From positions 5,344,001 through 5,408,000 of the forward strand of contig JBKAGP010000001.1 in assembly GCA_046290465.1 (NCBI GenBank): a stretch of 64,000 nt of DNA, in the 5' to 3' direction. Below the pieces are notes generated by a model. The model searched no databases and was not told the origin of the DNA. It saw nothing but the letters and a program-made list of their open reading frames with translations. Below, piece after piece: positions 44,472 to 53,946 of this stretch. Each line of letters begins with the position of its first letter. Position 1 is the stretch's first letter. The position numbers and the translations under genes are program-made. The DNA comes from Planctomycetota bacterium. Lineage in GTDB: Bacteria > Planctomycetota > UBA1135 > UBA2386.

Positions 44472-44566
44472 GGACGACGGTCCAGTGTCCGCCTTCGCGC
44501 AAAGGGTACGAGAAATCCGTCGCGGGCCCCCTTCCATCCGGACGGGCGATCGCGTCAGGTGCCCCG

Positions 44567-45112
44567 ATGGCAGCGATCCGGTCGATCTGCGTCTATTGCG
44601 GCTCCCAGAACGGGCGCGACCCGGCCTACGTGCAGGCGGCCGAGGCGATGGGCGACGCGCTGGCCGATCGCGGCATCGGGCTGGTGTTCGGTGGCGGCCA
44701 CGTCGGCATGATGGGGCGGATCGCCGATCGCGTGCTGGCGCGCGGCGGGGAGGTCGTCGGCGTGATTCCGAAAGCGCTGATGCGCGCCGAGGTCGCACAC
44801 GACGGGCTGACCGAGCTGCACGTGACCGCCGACATGCACCAGCGCAAGGCGATGATGGCCGACCGTTGCGATGCGTTCGTGACCCTGCCCGGCGGGCTCG
44901 GCACGCTCGAGGAGCTGTTCGAGACGTGGACGTGGCGGCAGCTGCGCTACCACGACAAGCCGATGGGCCTGCTCAACGTCAACGGCTACTACGACGGCCT
45001 GCTGGCCTGGCTCGATCACGCGGTCGCCGACGGCTACGTGCGCTCGCCGTACCGCGACATGCTCGAGGTCGACTGCGACCCGGCAGCGTTGCTGGCCAAG
45101 CTCGGCGCGTAG
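44567..45112 (+). CDS. LOG family nucleotide 5'-monophosphate nucleosidase (TIGR00730)
   Basis: ICVYCGS, LVFGGG..GMMG, MHQRK, LPGGLGTLEE, HDKPMGLLN. Confidence 0.93.
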   Translation: MAAIRSICVYCGSQNGRDPAYVQAAEAMGDALADRGIGLVFGGGHVGMMGRIADRVLARGGEVVGVIPKALMRAEVAHDGLTELHVTADMHQRKAMMADRCDAFVTLPGGLGTLEELFETWTWRQLRYHDKPMGLLNVNGYYDGLLAWLDHAVADGYVRSPYRDMLEVDCDPAALLAKLGA

Positions 45113-45122
45113 GCGCGCGCGG

Positions 45123-46976
45123 TCAGGCCCCGATGCTCGGCCTGCGGCTCAGCGCGCGGGCGACTGCGGCCGACAGCGAACGGCTGGTGAACGGCTTCTG
45201 CAGCACTTCGCTGCCGTCGTCGTCGTCCTGGATCGTGCTCTGCGAAGAGCCGGGCAGGTAGCCGGTCATGAACAGCACCGGCAGGTCCGGCTGGCGGGCG
45301 TGCATCTGCCGGGCGAGGTCGCGGCCGCTCATGCCGGGCATCGTCATGTCGGTGATCAGCAGCGCGACCTGCGGGAGTGTTTCGAGCTGCGCCAGCGCCG
45401 GCTCGGCGCCGTCGAACGGCACGACGCGGTAGCCGAGCGCCTCCAGCATGCGCGACACCGCGGCGCGCACGACCGCTTCGTCCTCGACGACGAGGATCGT
45501 CTCGCCATTGCCGGGCGGCACCAGCGGTTGCGGCACGACCACCAGGGTCTCCTCGGCGACCGCCGGGATCAGCACCGAGAACTTCGCGCCGTGGCCGGTG
45601 CCGGTGCGCACGTCGATGGCGCCGCCGAGCTGCGCGACGATGCCGTAGCACGTCGACAGGCCGAGGCCGGTGCCGGACCCGGTCGGCTTGGTCGTGAAGA
45701 ACGGGTCGAAGATGTGCGGCAGCGCGTCGGCGGGGATGCCGGCGCCGTTGTCGCTGACGCGCATCGCGACGTGCCGGCCCGGTTCGCAGCCGAGCTCGCG
45801 GGCGCGCGCCGGCGTGACCTCCTCGTTGCCGACCTCGACGGTGATGCGGCCGCCCTCTGCGACCGCGTCGCGCGCGTTGACGACCAGGTTGAGCAGCACC
45901 TGCTCGAGGTGGCCGCGATCGGCTCGCACGGTCGGCGTGTCGACGTCGACCTCGAGGTGCAGTTCGTAGGCCTCGCCGAGCAGGCGCTCGAGCATCTCCT
46001 GGGTGGCGAGCACGAGCGCCGCGATCGACGTCGGCTGCAGCTGCACGACGTGGCGGCGCGCGAACGCCAGCAGCTTCTGCGTCAGGCGGGCGGCGCGTTC
46101 GCCGGTGTTCTTGATCTGCCGGAGGTCGGCGGCGAGCTGGCTGCCGGGCTCCGCGTCGGCCATCGCCAGCTCGGCGGGGCCGATGATCGCGGTCAGCAGG
46201 TTGTTGAAGTCGTGCGCGATGCCGCCGGCGAGCTGGCCGATCGCCTCCATCTTCTGCGCCTGCCGCAGCTGGCCCTCGAGCGCCCGGCGCTCGGTGACGT
46301 CGCGCGTGATCGCGAGGTGCAGCAGGTCGCCGTCCGGTGCCTTCGGCAGCGGCACCGCGACCGTCTCCATCGAACGGCGGGTGCCGTCCAGGCCGACGAT
46401 GTCGAACGCGAGTTCGCCGCCCTGGCCGCCGCAGACGTCGTCGTTGAACGCGACGAAGCGCTCGCGGTCCTCGGGGGCGATGATGTCGTAGACGCACTGG
46501 CCGATCGCCTCGTCGCGGTCGTTCGCGCCGATCATGCGCAGGCCGGCCTGGTTCATGTCGAGCAGGGTGCCGTCGCTGCCGACGATCTTCACGCACTCGG
46601 GCTCGGCTTCGATGATCGAGTGCAGGAACGAGCTCTTCTCGGCGAGCGCCCTGGCGGTCTCGTGGTGCGCCGAGACGTTGCGGCCGACGGCGACGGTGGC
46701 GTGCTCGCCGATGCGCGTCAGCTGCCAGCTGATCCAGCGTGAGGACTCCGGCACGTGCGTGTCGACGGTGCGCGTCGGGTGCTGCTCGTCGAGCGCGCGC
46801 AGCGCGGTGGCCATCGCCCTGGCGCCGTCGGTGTCGAAGCAGCACAGCAGTTCGGCCGGCGGTTCGATGCCGAGCATCGTCTCGAAGGCGCGGTTGGCGC
46901 GCAGGATGGTGCCGTCCGGCAACAGCTCGCACATCGCGTCCGCGGTGTGCAGGAACAGTCTCTCGTAGTCGCGCAT
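45123..46976 (-). CDS. cytoplasmic PAS-PAS hybrid histidine kinase with receiver
   Basis: Two [47 protein letters not shown]; receiver [12 protein letters not shown]. Confidence 0.93.
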   Translation of the reverse strand: MRDYERLFLHTADAMCELLPDGTILRANRAFETMLGIEPPAELLCCFDTDGARAMATALRALDEQHPTRTVDTHVPESSRWISWQLTRIGEHATVAVGRNVSAHHETARALAEKSSFLHSIIEAEPECVKIVGSDGTLLDMNQAGLRMIGANDRDEAIGQCVYDIIAPEDRERFVAFNDDVCGGQGGELAFDIVGLDGTRRSMETVAVPLPKAPDGDLLHLAITRDVTERRALEGQLRQAQKMEAIGQLAGGIAHDFNNLLTAIIGPAELAMADAEPGSQLAADLRQIKNTGERAARLTQKLLAFARRHVVQLQPTSIAALVLATQEMLERLLGEAYELHLEVDVDTPTVRADRGHLEQVLLNLVVNARDAVAEGGRITVEVGNEEVTPARARELGCEPGRHVAMRVSDNGAGIPADALPHIFDPFFTTKPTGSGTGLGLSTCYGIVAQLGGAIDVRTGTGHGAKFSVLIPAVAEETLVVVPQPLVPPGNGETILVVEDEAVVRAAVSRMLEALGYRVVPFDGAEPALAQLETLPQVALLITDMTMPGMSGRDLARQMHARQPDLPVLFMTGYLPGSSQSTIQDDDDGSEVLQKPFTSRSLSAAVARALSRRPSIGA

Positions 46977-47048
46977 GAAGGTGCTGACCTGATCTGGCAG
47001 GCAACCGATCCGGCGAGGAGACCGTTGTCCGGTCGTGATGATAGCGCG

Positions 47049-48179
47049 TCAGCGCGTTCCGGACAGCTGCCGGAACGCGGCCAGCCGTTCGGCTTCGAGT
47101 TGGCCGGCTTCGACCGCGGCGCGCACCGCGCAGCCCGGCTCGGCGTCGTGTGCGCAGTCCCGAAACCTGCAGCCGTCGGCGAAGGCCAGCACGTCGGGGA
47201 ACGCCGCGACCGCGTCGGACGTGCCTTCGGCGAGGCCGAACGCGCGCACGCCGGGCGTGTCGATCAGGCGCGTGCCGTCGGCCAGTGTCGTAAGTCGCGA
47301 CGCTGTGGTGGTATGCCGTCCGCGACCGTCTTGGTCGCGGACCGCACCGGTGGCGCGGCCGGCGTCGCCTTCGGCAGGCGGATCGAGGCGGTTGAGCAGC
47401 GTCGACTTGCCGACGCCGCTGTGGCCGACGAACGCGACCGTGCGGGTGCGGACCAGGGCCGCGAGTTCCTCGATGCCGTCGCCGCGGGTCGCCGACGCGA
47501 GCACGATCGGCAGGCCGTTCGCGCGGTGCGGGCGCAGCCTGGACTCGAGCGCGTCGCGTTCGTGTTCGAGGTCGCACTTGTTGACGACGACGGCCAGCGC
47601 CGCGCCGCTGCCGTCGAGCGCGACCAGCAGCCGGTCGATCAGTCCGGTGCGCGGGCGGTCGGCGGTCAGCACCAGCGCGACGACGTCGACGTTGGCGGCC
47701 AGCACGCGGCGGCGTTCTTCGTTGCCCGGGTCGGTGCGCACCAGCTCGCTGCGGCGCTCGGCGACCTCGACGACGACCGGGTCGGCGTCGTCCTGCTCGA
47801 ACAGCGTGACCTCGTCGCCGACGGCGACCGAGGTCTGCTGGGTCCTGGCGAGCTCGGGCGCGAGCACGGCGCGACGTTCGCCGTCGGTGGTGGCGACGAC
47901 GCATCGGCCGCGCGACAGCCAGACGACGGTGCCCTGCAGCTGCGCGCTGTTGGGGGTGACCTTTGGCTGGCGGGCCTCGGCCGACAGCACCCGCTCGCGC
48001 CGACGGATCTTCTCGAAGCCGCCGTCGACGTCGGGGTCGCCACGCCGGCGCTTGCGATCGGCCTTGCCGCGAGTCTTGCGCGCATCGGCGATCTGCTGCT
48101 CCTCCTCGCGCGAACGCCAGTGCTTGCTGGCCTTCAGGTAGCGCTGCACGGTGCGCTTCTTGTCGTTGGGATCGGTCAT
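47049..48179 (-). CDS. rsgA: ribosome small subunit-dependent GTPase A
   Basis: LAANVD, NKCD, GHSGVGKS, GRHTT, DTPG, CRFRDCAH..EPGC; basic N-terminal extension. Confidence 0.95.
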   Translation of the reverse strand: MTDPNDKKRTVQRYLKASKHWRSREEEQQIADARKTRGKADRKRRRGDPDVDGGFEKIRRRERVLSAEARQPKVTPNSAQLQGTVVWLSRGRCVVATTDGERRAVLAPELARTQQTSVAVGDEVTLFEQDDADPVVVEVAERRSELVRTDPGNEERRRVLAANVDVVALVLTADRPRTGLIDRLLVALDGSGAALAVVVNKCDLEHERDALESRLRPHRANGLPIVLASATRGDGIEELAALVRTRTVAFVGHSGVGKSTLLNRLDPPAEGDAGRATGAVRDQDGRGRHTTTASRLTTLADGTRLIDTPGVRAFGLAEGTSDAVAAFPDVLAFADGCRFRDCAHDAEPGCAVRAAVEAGQLEAERLAAFRQLSGTR

Positions 48180-49789
48180 CGCTCGCCGATGCACAGCAGT
48201 TCGCGCGCCGTGCGGTGGAACAGCAGGCCCGCAGCGTAGCTGACCGAGTTGGCGGTCCAGGTCTCGCCGAGCGGGCCGAGGTCGTTGATCGCGACGAGCT
48301 GCGGATGGTCGTCCCCGCTGGCGTCGACGACGTAGACGATGCCGGTCGCCATCGTGAAGTAGAGGTGGTCGTTGACGCGGGTCGGGCTGCCGTTGAAGAC
48401 CCAGTCCCAGCCGTCCCAGCGGCTGCGCGGGTCGCCGGTGACCTCCTCGCCGCGGCTGTTGACGGCCTTGGCCGAGAGCTTCTCGCGCCAGCGCAGGCCG
48501 TCGTCGTCGTGGTCGTAGCTGGTCGGCAACTCGCGGTAGAACACGACCGGCGAACGGTCCGTGTCGGGGTCGGGGTCGATCGCCGCGACGCACCATGGCG
48601 CGCCGAGCGTCGGCTTGCCCCACGCGGTGGCGTAGCACTGGAAGTAGACGCGGCCGTTGGCGGCGTGCATCGAGTAGCGGATCGGGAACACGCCCCGTTC
48701 GAGCGTCGTGGTCGTGGCGGCGGGGTCGTCGTGTTCGCGCAGGGAGACGCCGTCGGTCAACGAGATCTCGCCGCGCGGCTCGCCGGTGGCGACGTCGAGC
48801 ACGACCAGCAGGTTGCGCGGCTGCTTGAGCAGCCAGTAGGCGAAGCGGTCGTCCGCAGCCATCGTCTGCAGCGCGGCCTCGTGGTTGCCGCGCGGATCCT
48901 CGTAGCGCCAGACGGCACGGCCTGCGTCGGGGCCGGTCAGCCGCGTCAGCGACAGGCCGACCGGACGTTCGGGCACGGCGTGCGGGCCGCCGCGGCCGTG
49001 CAGCGCGCACGGGCCGGACGCGGTCGTGACCAGCGTCGGCGCGTTGTAGTGGGTCAGCGCGTCCTCGCTGCGCCACAGTTCTGCGCCGGTCGCGGCGTCG
49101 AGGCCGACCAGCAGGTTCCACGGCTTGTCTCGGCCCTCGACGGCGAACGGCTCCATGTGCACCAGCGTGCGCGCGTCCTCGCCGCGGTGCGGGTCGGGGA
49201 CCAGGAACGGCTCGAACTGCTTGTTGAACGGGCCGTCGAAGGTCGGGGTGAACGTTCGTGTCCAGACCTGCGCACCGTCGTGCGTGAAGCAGGTCACGGT
49301 GCCGCCGGCGTTGGTGAACCAGACGTGTTGGTCGTCGGCGCACGGGGACGCGCTGGTCGCGTCCGAGAACGGGTAGCTGTAGATCGACGGCACTTCGCCG
49401 GCGATGCGGCGGGTCCACAGGATCGCGCCGGTGTCGGCGTCGAGGCAGTGCGCGTCGATGTGCTTGCCGACGACCTCGCGCTTCTCGATCGCGTGCGCAT
49501 ACTTGCTGGCGTCGGCCTCGCTCAGGCCGGCGCCGGTCCACGGTGAAAGCGTCGCGACGAACACGCGGCCGTTCTGCACCGCGATGCCGCCCTGGCCGGT
49601 CTCGGGCAGGGGCGTTCGCCAGCGGATGTTGCGTCCGGTCGTGCCCGAGAAGCGCAGCGGCGGCGCTTCGCCCTGTGCGGTCCAGTCGCCGTCGGGCCCG
49701 GCGCCCTGCGGCCAGCCGGTGATCGTGGCGGGGGCGGCGCAGGCGGCGACGACCAGCGGGAGCAGCGAGGCGAGGCGGAGCACGTGCAT
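48176..49789 (-). CDS. PQQ-binding-like beta-propeller lipoprotein
   Basis: Lipobox VAAC; WPQGAGP, NIRWRTPLP, CLDADTGAILW, GLDAATGAELW. Confidence 0.82.
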   Translation of the reverse strand: MHVLRLASLLPLVVAACAAPATITGWPQGAGPDGDWTAQGEAPPLRFSGTTGRNIRWRTPLPETGQGGIAVQNGRVFVATLSPWTGAGLSEADASKYAHAIEKREVVGKHIDAHCLDADTGAILWTRRIAGEVPSIYSYPFSDATSASPCADDQHVWFTNAGGTVTCFTHDGAQVWTRTFTPTFDGPFNKQFEPFLVPDPHRGEDARTLVHMEPFAVEGRDKPWNLLVGLDAATGAELWRSEDALTHYNAPTLVTTASGPCALHGRGGPHAVPERPVGLSLTRLTGPDAGRAVWRYEDPRGNHEAALQTMAADDRFAYWLLKQPRNLLVVLDVATGEPRGEISLTDGVSLREHDDPAATTTTLERGVFPIRYSMHAANGRVYFQCYATAWGKPTLGAPWCVAAIDPDPDTDRSPVVFYRELPTSYDHDDDGLRWREKLSAKAVNSRGEEVTGDPRSRWDGWDWVFNGSPTRVNDHLYFTMATGIVYVVDASGDDHPQLVAINDLGPLGETWTANSVSYAAGLLFHRTARELLCIGER

Positions 49790-49892
49790 GGCCGCGGCAG
49801 CATACGCGGCCAGAGACGATCTGCCGCAACGCACCGACCGTTCGAGCTGGTCCGCGAGCCTTGCGCCCGGAACGGAACTCCCGGAGCCAGGT

Positions 49893-51437
49893 TCACGGAC
49901 GGAGTCTGGCTTGGATGGCTTTGGAGGTGGGGGTGATCGAGAGGCCGCCGAGGGCGGTGCAGCGCAGTTCTCTGGCCATGCTCTCGCTGACCTCGCGGTG
50001 GGCGTCGAGCACCTCGTCGAGCGGGATCAGGTGGTCGTAGCCGGCGAGCGCCATGTTGGCGGAGACCAGGGCGTTCGAGGCGCCGGCGATGTTGCGGCCC
50101 AGGCACGGCGCCTCGACGCGGTTGGCGACCGGATCGCAGATCAGGCCCAGCACGTTCTGCAGTGCGTGGCTGGCGGCCGACAGCGCCTGCGCGGCGGTGC
50201 CGCCGCCGAGTTCGACCAGCGCGGCCGCGGCCATCGCAGCACCGGCACCGGTCTCGGCCTGGCAGCCACCGACCTCGGCGGCGAAGCTCGAGCGGGTCGT
50301 GACGAACACGCCGATCAGCCCGGCCGACAGCATCGCGCGCAGCGTGCGCTCCTCGTCCGCCTGCACCGATTCGGCCGCGGCGAGGCAGGTCGCCGGGAAC
50401 GTCGCGCACGAGCCGGCGGTGGGGGCGGCGACGATCACGCCCATCGAACTCTTGGTCTCCATCAGCGCGGTGACGTAGAGGATCGCCTGGTTGAGCATGC
50501 CGCCGTCGAGCAGTTGGCCCTGGTCCATCATCTGCCGGAAGCGGTGGCTCTGCTGCGGCAGGATGCGGTCGGCGTAGTCGGTGCCGGCCAGGCCGTTCTC
50601 GACGCCCTGCCGGACGATCTGCAGGATGTGCCGCATGCGATCGAGCACCCCGGCGTCGTCGAGGCCGCCGCGGGCGCGCTCGTACTCGAGCGCGAAGTCC
50701 GACAGCGGCCCGGCCTTCGGATCGCGGCCCTGCAGCATCTCCGAGGCGTGCAAGAACGGCACCTCGAGTCCCTGGCGCGAGCGCACCGGCAGCACTGCGC
50801 CGAGGCGCCGCACCCGCTGCACGCCCGGCAGGCCGCGCACGGTCGCGTCGTCGACGAACGTCTGGCCGCTGACGACGACCAGCGCCGGGTCGTTGCCGGT
50901 AGCGAGCACGGCGTCGAAGTCGGCGCGCAGCCGTTCGCAGAGCGCGGTGCCGTCGCCGTCGACCTCGAGCAGCGTCACGTCGTAGTCGCCGAACAGCGAC
51001 ACCGCGTGGCCGTCGATCTCGAGCACCTCGATCATGCCGCCGCCGGTCGAGATCGCGACCAGGCGGTGCTCGACGCCGCCCTTGTGCAGCGTCAGCCGAT
51101 AGGTGTTGGGGTGCGGATCGTGCAGCTCGACGTAGCGGATCTCGAGATCGACGCCGGCCGCGCGCAGCGCCGCGCCCGAGTCGGGCAGCCGTTCGTCGTC
51201 GGCCTGCCAGCCGAGCAGGCCGCCGAACAGGCCCATGTCGGAGCCCTGGCTCTCGTGGGTCGTCGGCAGCGAGCCGTGTGTGTCGAACTCGACCAGCACG
51301 CGTTCGGGATCGCCGCCGCACAGGTCGCGCGCCAGCCGGCCGATGCGCACCGACGCGGCCGAGTGCGAACTCGACGGCCCGCGCATCACCGGGCCGACGA
51401 CGTCGTTGAAGATGCTCGGAGGCAGCTTGGTCGGCAT
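49893..51437 (-). CDS. Fe-S L-serine ammonia-lyase, fused beta-alpha (SdaAB-SdaAA type)
   Basis: GPVMRGPSSSH, HPNT, STGGG, IVAAPTAGSC, GGCQAE, LGLICDPV..VEAPC, ELRCTALGGL. Confidence 0.92.
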   Translation of the reverse strand: MPTKLPPSIFNDVVGPVMRGPSSSHSAASVRIGRLARDLCGGDPERVLVEFDTHGSLPTTHESQGSDMGLFGGLLGWQADDERLPDSGAALRAAGVDLEIRYVELHDPHPNTYRLTLHKGGVEHRLVAISTGGGMIEVLEIDGHAVSLFGDYDVTLLEVDGDGTALCERLRADFDAVLATGNDPALVVVSGQTFVDDATVRGLPGVQRVRRLGAVLPVRSRQGLEVPFLHASEMLQGRDPKAGPLSDFALEYERARGGLDDAGVLDRMRHILQIVRQGVENGLAGTDYADRILPQQSHRFRQMMDQGQLLDGGMLNQAILYVTALMETKSSMGVIVAAPTAGSCATFPATCLAAAESVQADEERTLRAMLSAGLIGVFVTTRSSFAAEVGGCQAETGAGAAMAAAALVELGGGTAAQALSAASHALQNVLGLICDPVANRVEAPCLGRNIAGASNALVSANMALAGYDHLIPLDEVLDAHREVSESMARELRCTALGGLSITPTSKAIQARLRP

Positions 51438-51439
51438 CG

Positions 51440-52465
51440 CTACTTGTAGTGGCTGACGGGGCGCGGCCGGACGCCGAGCTTGTCGTATTGGAAGCCGCCC
51501 TCGAGCGGCTGGTAGTCGCCGACGATCTCGACGTTGAGGTCGGCCGTGATCTTGTCCTCGCGGCCGACGCACCACAGCGCGGCGTTGAGCGTCAGGCGGC
51601 GCAGGCCGGCCGACTGGTAGTCGCGCGCGCTGCCCATCGTGACGTGGAACACGCGCGCCGTCCTGCCGAGGTTGCCGGTCCAGCTGTTGGTCCACGCGAT
51701 CGGCAAAGGCGGCTTCTTCGGGTTGGGTTCGGCGTCCTTCTCGAGCGTCTTCAGCGGCTGGCCGAGCAGCAGCGGCGTGCACGAGGCCGGCAGGGACTTG
51801 CCCTTGTCGAACATCCGGTAGACGTCGGTGGGCCCCCAGACGTCGTCGACCCCGCGCAGGATCGGGTGATCCTTGTTGGCCTCGACGACGATGCCGCGCG
51901 TCGACTCACGGTGCCAGCCGCCGTAGTGGCCGCGGAACGCGCCGCCGAGCACGTCGTCGCCGAAGCGCACCCGCTTGCCGTCCTTCTGGTAGGTCCAGTT
52001 GCCGCGGAAGCCGTGGTTGGCGGTGCGGATGCCGAGGATCGGCTTGCCCGAGTCGAGGTAGGTGTCGAGGTGCGCGAGCTGCTCGTCGGGCAGCTTCATG
52101 AACCGCGTGAACACGATCGCGAGGTCGGCGTCGGCGAGCAGGTGCATGCCGGGAATCGTCTGGAACGCCTTGGGGTCCTTCGGCGGCGCCTCCTCGGTCG
52201 GGTCGACCATGCCGTTGCGCTGGCCGAACAGCACGGTGGTCTCGAAGCCGTGCCGTTCGGCGAGCAGCTTCGCCATCATCGGCATCGACTGCTCGGCGCG
52301 GTACTCCTGCTCGGCGGCGATGAGGACGACGTGCAGGCCCTTGCCGACGCCCTTCGTGCCCTGGTAGTGGAGCCACTGCGGCTCCTGGCGGTCGGCGGCG
52401 GCGTCCTGGGCCGGAACGGCCGCGAGCGCGAGCGCTGCGGCGACGACGGTGCGGAGGGCGTTCAC
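51440..52465 (-). CDS. secreted ThuA-like domain protein
   Basis: Signal peptide PA|Q; VVLIAAEQEYRAE, GIRTANHGF, HPILRGV, PIAWT, RVFHVTMG. GTGA overlap. Confidence 0.8.
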   Translation of the reverse strand: MNALRTVVAAALALAAVPAQDAAADRQEPQWLHYQGTKGVGKGLHVVLIAAEQEYRAEQSMPMMAKLLAERHGFETTVLFGQRNGMVDPTEEAPPKDPKAFQTIPGMHLLADADLAIVFTRFMKLPDEQLAHLDTYLDSGKPILGIRTANHGFRGNWTYQKDGKRVRFGDDVLGGAFRGHYGGWHRESTRGIVVEANKDHPILRGVDDVWGPTDVYRMFDKGKSLPASCTPLLLGQPLKTLEKDAEPNPKKPPLPIAWTNSWTGNLGRTARVFHVTMGSARDYQSAGLRRLTLNAALWCVGREDKITADLNVEIVGDYQPLEGGFQYDKLGVRPRPVSHYK

Positions 52466-53946
52466 TTCGGGATCCTGTTGAGGGTGTAGTGGGCGGTGGT
52501 GTGCACCAGCGCGTCGCCGTCGGCGCTCTCGATCGCGCCGAACGTGAAGTCGTGCACGTGGCCTTCGACCAGCCCGTCGACGACCAAGTGCACGCTGCGG
52601 CCGTCGGCCGACGCGATGGCGCGGGTGACCTTCGGCGTGGTCTCGTCGACCTCGGGGCTGCCGTAGAACTTCTGGTAGTGGTGCGTGAAGCTGCGCAACG
52701 CGTAGTTGTCGACGTCCTGCAGCGTCTTCGGGTCGCACGGTTTGGTGAACGACACGTCGAAGCCGTCTTTGGCGGCCGTGATCTTCAGCACGTCGAACGG
52801 CGTCACGCCGGTCCACTCCAGGCGCTCGAGCACGTAGCTCTTGTTGCCGCGCACCGGCCAGCCGCGGTTGGTGCCGCCGGTGATCAGGTAGCCGCGATCG
52901 GAGAACTCGAGCGCCAGGATGCCGTTGCCGAGCCCTTCGCGGAACGGGTAGCACGCGCCCTGCCAGACGCCGTCGACCTCTTCGGTCGTGGCGCGCATCA
53001 CGATGCTCAGGCTGTAGTCGCCGACGAACAGCTGGTCCTGGAACGGGCCGAAGCGGCCCTCGGTGCGGTCGGGTCGGAACGCGGTGATCGACTGGCCCAT
53101 GCGGCGATACGGGAACACCACCGCATACGGCACCAGCTCGTCGATGCGCTGGCTCTCGGCGTGCAGCCGTGAGCGGTTCTCCGGCTCCTTCGGCCTGGCA
53201 CCGAGCTGCTTGCCGAGCGGCAGGTCGTAGCCCGGGAAGCAGATCGGGTGGCCCATGAAGCCGCCTGGCTTCAGGTGCTTGAGCGAGCACGAGCCGTTCC
53301 ACGGGCCCTGGCTCTCGACGTAGAACATCACGCCGTGCTCGTTCGGCGCGACGCCGCCGGCGCTGCGGATGCCGGTGGCGATCGGGATGCTCTTGCCCTC
53401 GGGCGTGATCTGGAACGCGAAGCCGCGGTAGTCGGCCTTGTAGTGGTAGGACGACGACAACCCGAGCACGACGTAGACGCTGCCGTCGGGCTGCACCGGC
53501 GAGCCCCACGCGAACTCGTGGTAGTGCTCGAAGCCCCAGACGTCGCTGAGGTTCTCGAAGCGGTCGGCGCGGCCGTCGCCGTCGCGGTCGGAGATGCGGG
53601 TGAGCTCGGTCTGCTGCGTCGCGTAGAACGCGCCGTCGCGGTAGCCGAGCCCGAGCACCTCGTCGAGTCCCGAAGCGAACGTCGTGATCTCCGGTCGGGG
53701 CAGCTCCTCGAACGCGCCGTCGACGATCAGGATCTCGCCGCGGCGCGTGCCGATCGCGAGCCGACCCTCGGGCAGGGCGACGAAGCTGCCGCACTCGAGC
53801 GACAGCTCGCGCGGGATCGGCAGCTCGACGATGCGGTAGTGCCGGGCCTCGGCGTTGGCGGTGCCCCAGGTGCCGCCGAGCTCCTGCGCGCCGGCGGCGG
53901 CCGCGAGCATCGCCGTGACCAACGAACTGCGGAACGCGTGCATCAC
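52462..53946 (-). CDS. secreted glucose/sorbosone-dehydrogenase-like beta-propeller protein (PVC type)
   Basis: DRDGDGRAD, YHEFAWG, ATGIRS, QGPW, GPFQDQLFVGD, GGTNRGW, HHYQKFYGSPE. Start GTG 53946 or ATG 53943. Confidence 0.75.
   Translation of the reverse strand: MMHAFRSSLVTAMLAAAAGAQELGGTWGTANAEARHYRIVELPIPRELSLECGSFVALPEGRLAIGTRRGEILIVDGAFEELPRPEITTFASGLDEVLGLGYRDGAFYATQQTELTRISDRDGDGRADRFENLSDVWGFEHYHEFAWGSPVQPDGSVYVVLGLSSSYHYKADYRGFAFQITPEGKSIPIATGIRSAGGVAPNEHGVMFYVESQGPWNGSCSLKHLKPGGFMGHPICFPGYDLPLGKQLGARPKEPENRSRLHAESQRIDELVPYAVVFPYRRMGQSITAFRPDRTEGRFGPFQDQLFVGDYSLSIVMRATTEEVDGVWQGACYPFREGLGNGILALEFSDRGYLITGGTNRGWPVRGNKSYVLERLEWTGVTPFDVLKITAAKDGFDVSFTKPCDPKTLQDVDNYALRSFTHHYQKFYGSPEVDETTPKVTRAIASADGRSVHLVVDGLVEGHVHDFTFGAIESADGDALVHTTAHYTLNRIPK

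Noticed and set aside
38264..45112. Sirtuin, helicase and LOG as an anti-phage defence island (Thoeris-like or Sir2-helicase)
   Set aside because: All three look like canonical housekeeping CobB, RecQ and LOG, lie on different strands and do not form an operon.
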